A DNA stretch of 59,876 nucleotides from Gemmatimonadales bacterium (lineage in GTDB: Bacteria > Gemmatimonadota > Gemmatimonadetes > Gemmatimonadales > Gemmatimonadaceae), in the NCBI GenBank assembly GCA_038235845.1, contig JBBSTN010000001.1:1-59876 (forward strand). Direction: 5' to 3'. Every line of letters begins with the position of its first letter. Position 1 is the stretch's first letter. A model generated the notes under the pieces. That model saw nothing but the letters and a program-made list of their open reading frames with translations, had not been told where the DNA came from and made no database searches. Both the position numbers and the translations under genes were made by a program. Below are positions 57,341-59,876 of the stretch, piece after piece.

Positions 57341-58608
57341 GTGAGCATGGGACCCACGGTGTGACTGACGATGCTGGTTTCGCTTCAACAAGTCAGGATC
57401 TTTCGTCAACGCACATAGAAATCGACGCGGCCCTTTCGCTTCGCTCTGTTGCTGGAAGCCGGTTTTTTCGCAGTAACTGTTCGCGACTCGCGACACTTTG
57501 TGAGCAGATGGCGATTCGTTTCGCTCGCGGTGGTCGGCTTATCGGTATCGGCGCGTCGCCCGCTGCACGCTCCGATGTACATCACGTCACCGTTGAATTC
57601 GTCCATCCGGTTATCGTCGGGAAGCGGGCGCTCCCAGCGTTCGGTATAACAGGAACAGCGTCATCGATTGCCACACAGGTACGGCTACTGGCGGAACCGG
57701 CCGACATCGTGCTCGCGCTGGATTCGGATTGTGAAGAGTTTGCGCATCCCGCGATGGAAGCACTTGCACTTGCCAAGGCGAACCAGTGTCTCACGATTGC
57801 GTTTCGGTGCGATCAAGCCGAGTACAATCTCGTTGCCGATTGCGATGATGCGTTTGTCCGGCAGGAAATATGTGAAGTTGCCTACCACATGCTCTGGGAA
57901 CTCGTACATGTGTTTTTCGATCACAATGTTTCCGTTTCCGAAGGAAAGCCGCCAGCAGTACGCACCCAGTCAGCCGCGAGCTTTCTTTACCCGTTTCTCG
58001 ATCGCCCGACGTCCAATCTGGATTCTGTAATTGCCGACGTTGAGCGTTCCATCCTCGCCAAGTCTGATGAAATCAACTCCCTCCGTCTCGGTACGGTGGG
58101 CGATCATGACTCGGGTAATAGACGGGCGTTTCTTGGAGCAACGCAGGCAATAACCACGTCGCTCGAACGTGGGGGAACTATATACGCTATGGGGAATGGA
58201 GGCTCCGCCACAGATGCAATGGATACTGTTGCAGACTATCTCTTTCCACCAGCGCCGCTCAAACCACGACGAGCGCAAGACCTGGCGCAGGATGCGGCAA
58301 TCATCACGGCGCTGACAAACGACATCGGGCCTGATGTAATCTTTTCACGTCAGCTTATCGCTCATGCACGCCAAAAGGACATCGTGGTTGCGTACTCCAC
58401 GAGCGGAAATTCCCGAAACGTTATCCTGGCCCTTTCGGAAGCACGTTCCCGCGGTCTTTCATCGATTGCATTCGTCGGCTATGATGGCGGCCGCATATTG
58501 TCGGACGGTCTCGCCGATCACGTCATCTCCACGGACTCGCAGAATATTCCCAGAATTCAGGAAGCGCAGGCTACTGCACATCACATCATGCGCAGCCTTG
58601 TGGGATAG
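57337..58608 (+). CDS. Tandem SIS-domain GmhA-like (phosphoheptose isomerase-like) protein
   Basis: Domain 1 VEFVHPVIVGKRALPA...YHMLWELVH; domain 2 GNGGSATDA, STSGNS and IPRIQE. Confidence 0.88.
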   Translation: MSEHGTHGVTDDAGFASTSQDLSSTHIEIDAALSLRSVAGSRFFRSNCSRLATLCEQMAIRFARGGRLIGIGASPAARSDVHHVTVEFVHPVIVGKRALPAFGITGTASSIATQVRLLAEPADIVLALDSDCEEFAHPAMEALALAKANQCLTIAFRCDQAEYNLVADCDDAFVRQEICEVAYHMLWELVHVFFDHNVSVSEGKPPAVRTQSAASFLYPFLDRPTSNLDSVIADVERSILAKSDEINSLRLGTVGDHDSGNRRAFLGATQAITTSLERGGTIYAMGNGGSATDAMDTVADYLFPPAPLKPRRAQDLAQDAAIITALTNDIGPDVIFSRQLIAHARQKDIVVAYSTSGNSRNVILALSEARSRGLSSIAFVGYDGGRILSDGLADHVISTDSQNIPRIQEAQATAHHIMRSLVG

Positions 58609-58633
58609 TCAGGTCAGTAATGTCGAGCGATGT

Positions 58634-59791
58634 TCAGTTGCCTTCTCCCATTCTTGCACTGCTCGAACGATAAGGTGCAAACCCTCTGCCCCAATCAACC
58701 CCAACTACGTCCACGCTGATACGGTCACCGTCTACGTGCACCACGAGATAGTGAAACGGGTTGCCTCCGGGCTCGATGGAGGGACGCGCAATGTGGTCGA
58801 GTCGTACGCGATTAGCGCTTGACGCCAGCTGGTAATCGGAGACATCGGGCTCGCCGACGTACGCATACAAAGGTGCTCCTCCGCCGCCACTCACGATCTG
58901 ATCCAGTCGATACGTGCCAGTGCTGTCGGAGTAGCGTTCCACCCAGTGCTCGAATAGATGCTCGTGTCCTGTGAGCAGCAATTTCACATGGTATTTGCGA
59001 AACAACGGCATCCAGGTATTTCGAATTGCAAGCGCCTGTCGCTCCACACGCGCGCCGCCATGTGGCCCCGACGAAAACGCCGGATGATGAAAGAGCATCA
59101 CGACATTCACGAAACGTTTCCGGTCGAGCCCTTTGAGCTGCGATTCGACCCATACCAACTGCACGGAATCATCCGGGATGTTGGAATCGAAGGCAATAAA
59201 AAAGCTGTTGCCGTAGCCGAACCCGTAGGTCGGATAGCCCTTGAGACGCCGGGCAGAGTTCTCGGCTGGAATGAGCCGGGAGTTGGCAAGAAAATAGTTG
59301 CGCAAACCAGCCTGGCGCCGAGGATCGTTCAGGTTGGTAGACACTCCAACATCGTGATTGCCCACTGACAGGAAGTAGTGCACGCCGCCTTCCTGAGTAA
59401 GCCTGTTAATCAGGGGTGCGTAGCTGACCGCGAGTTGTGAAGCAACGCTGCCGTTTACTACGGCATCACCACTTTGCAGCACAAATCGTATCGAATCCTG
59501 CGGTGTGCGGGCCGCTTTGATTGTCGAGAGCATCGACTCGATTACCAGCTCGTGCTCCGCCTGCACCTTGATTCCGTCATGCCTTCCGCGCGTATCGCCA
59601 TACGCTATGAACGAAAACCTTGTAAGCGACGCGGTTGCTGATTCGGAGCCGAGAGCCTTGGGCGGAGGCAAAAGAGGCCGGAGTATGGTGTCCGAGGCGA
59701 TGGCCACCGGTTGGGCCAATACACCAGTCGACAGTACGCCCGAAAGCATCGACGCAATAAACGTGAGAACACCCACTTTCAACAAACGCAT
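58634..59791 (-). CDS. Secreted calcineurin-like metallophosphoesterase
   Basis: YGDTR, SGDAV, GNHD, HHP and GHEH motifs; signal peptide. Confidence 0.92.
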   Translation of the reverse strand: MRLLKVGVLTFIASMLSGVLSTGVLAQPVAIASDTILRPLLPPPKALGSESATASLTRFSFIAYGDTRGRHDGIKVQAEHELVIESMLSTIKAARTPQDSIRFVLQSGDAVVNGSVASQLAVSYAPLINRLTQEGGVHYFLSVGNHDVGVSTNLNDPRRQAGLRNYFLANSRLIPAENSARRLKGYPTYGFGYGNSFFIAFDSNIPDDSVQLVWVESQLKGLDRKRFVNVVMLFHHPAFSSGPHGGARVERQALAIRNTWMPLFRKYHVKLLLTGHEHLFEHWVERYSDSTGTYRLDQIVSGGGGAPLYAYVGEPDVSDYQLASSANRVRLDHIARPSIEPGGNPFHYLVVHVDGDRISVDVVGVDWGRGFAPYRSSSARMGEGN

Positions 59792-59876
59792 TCACCAGCT
59801 CCCATGTAGATGTTAGCCTGATTGTAGTTTGACGCAGAAGTGTTCAGGCATGATACAACGCCCAGAAGCTTCCCGC

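Noticed and set aside
28887-59791. Defined genomic-island borders for the hydrogenase cluster
   Set aside because: No integrase, transposase, tRNA or flanking direct repeat was found by eye; mobility cannot be supported from this window.

Overview
GC-rich bacterial window. The gene content is compatible with a Gemmatimonadota- or Acidobacteriota-like host, but that is an inference with no marker gene. The left half (1-29.3 kb) is mixed: transporters (DAACS, NhaD, ClC, FNT, GltS, SulP, K+ channel), a three-gene extracytosolic flavinylation module (FMN-binding protein, ApbE, RnfD/NqrB-like), NfeD-flotillin, a beta-carbonic anhydrase/SulP pair, and a higBA locus with a frameshifted toxin. The right half (29.4-58.6 kb) is a complete group 1h (group 5, high-affinity type) [NiFe]-hydrogenase cluster. 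Between its hypA-hypB-NiCoT and hypF-C-D-E genes sits a full alternative complex III (actABCDEF) plus a caa3-like heme-copper oxidase module, giving a 26-gene, about 26 kb co-directional run. The oxidase subunit I keeps its metal ligands and cross-link Tyr but lacks the conserved proton-channel Glu and Lys. The usual NifU-like hydrogenase partner has lost its Cys-containing domain. The best candidate for an undescribed system is a dedicated H2-to-O2 respiratory chain encoded with a group 1h hydrogenase. No rRNA, tRNA, CRISPR array, integrase or transposase was seen.
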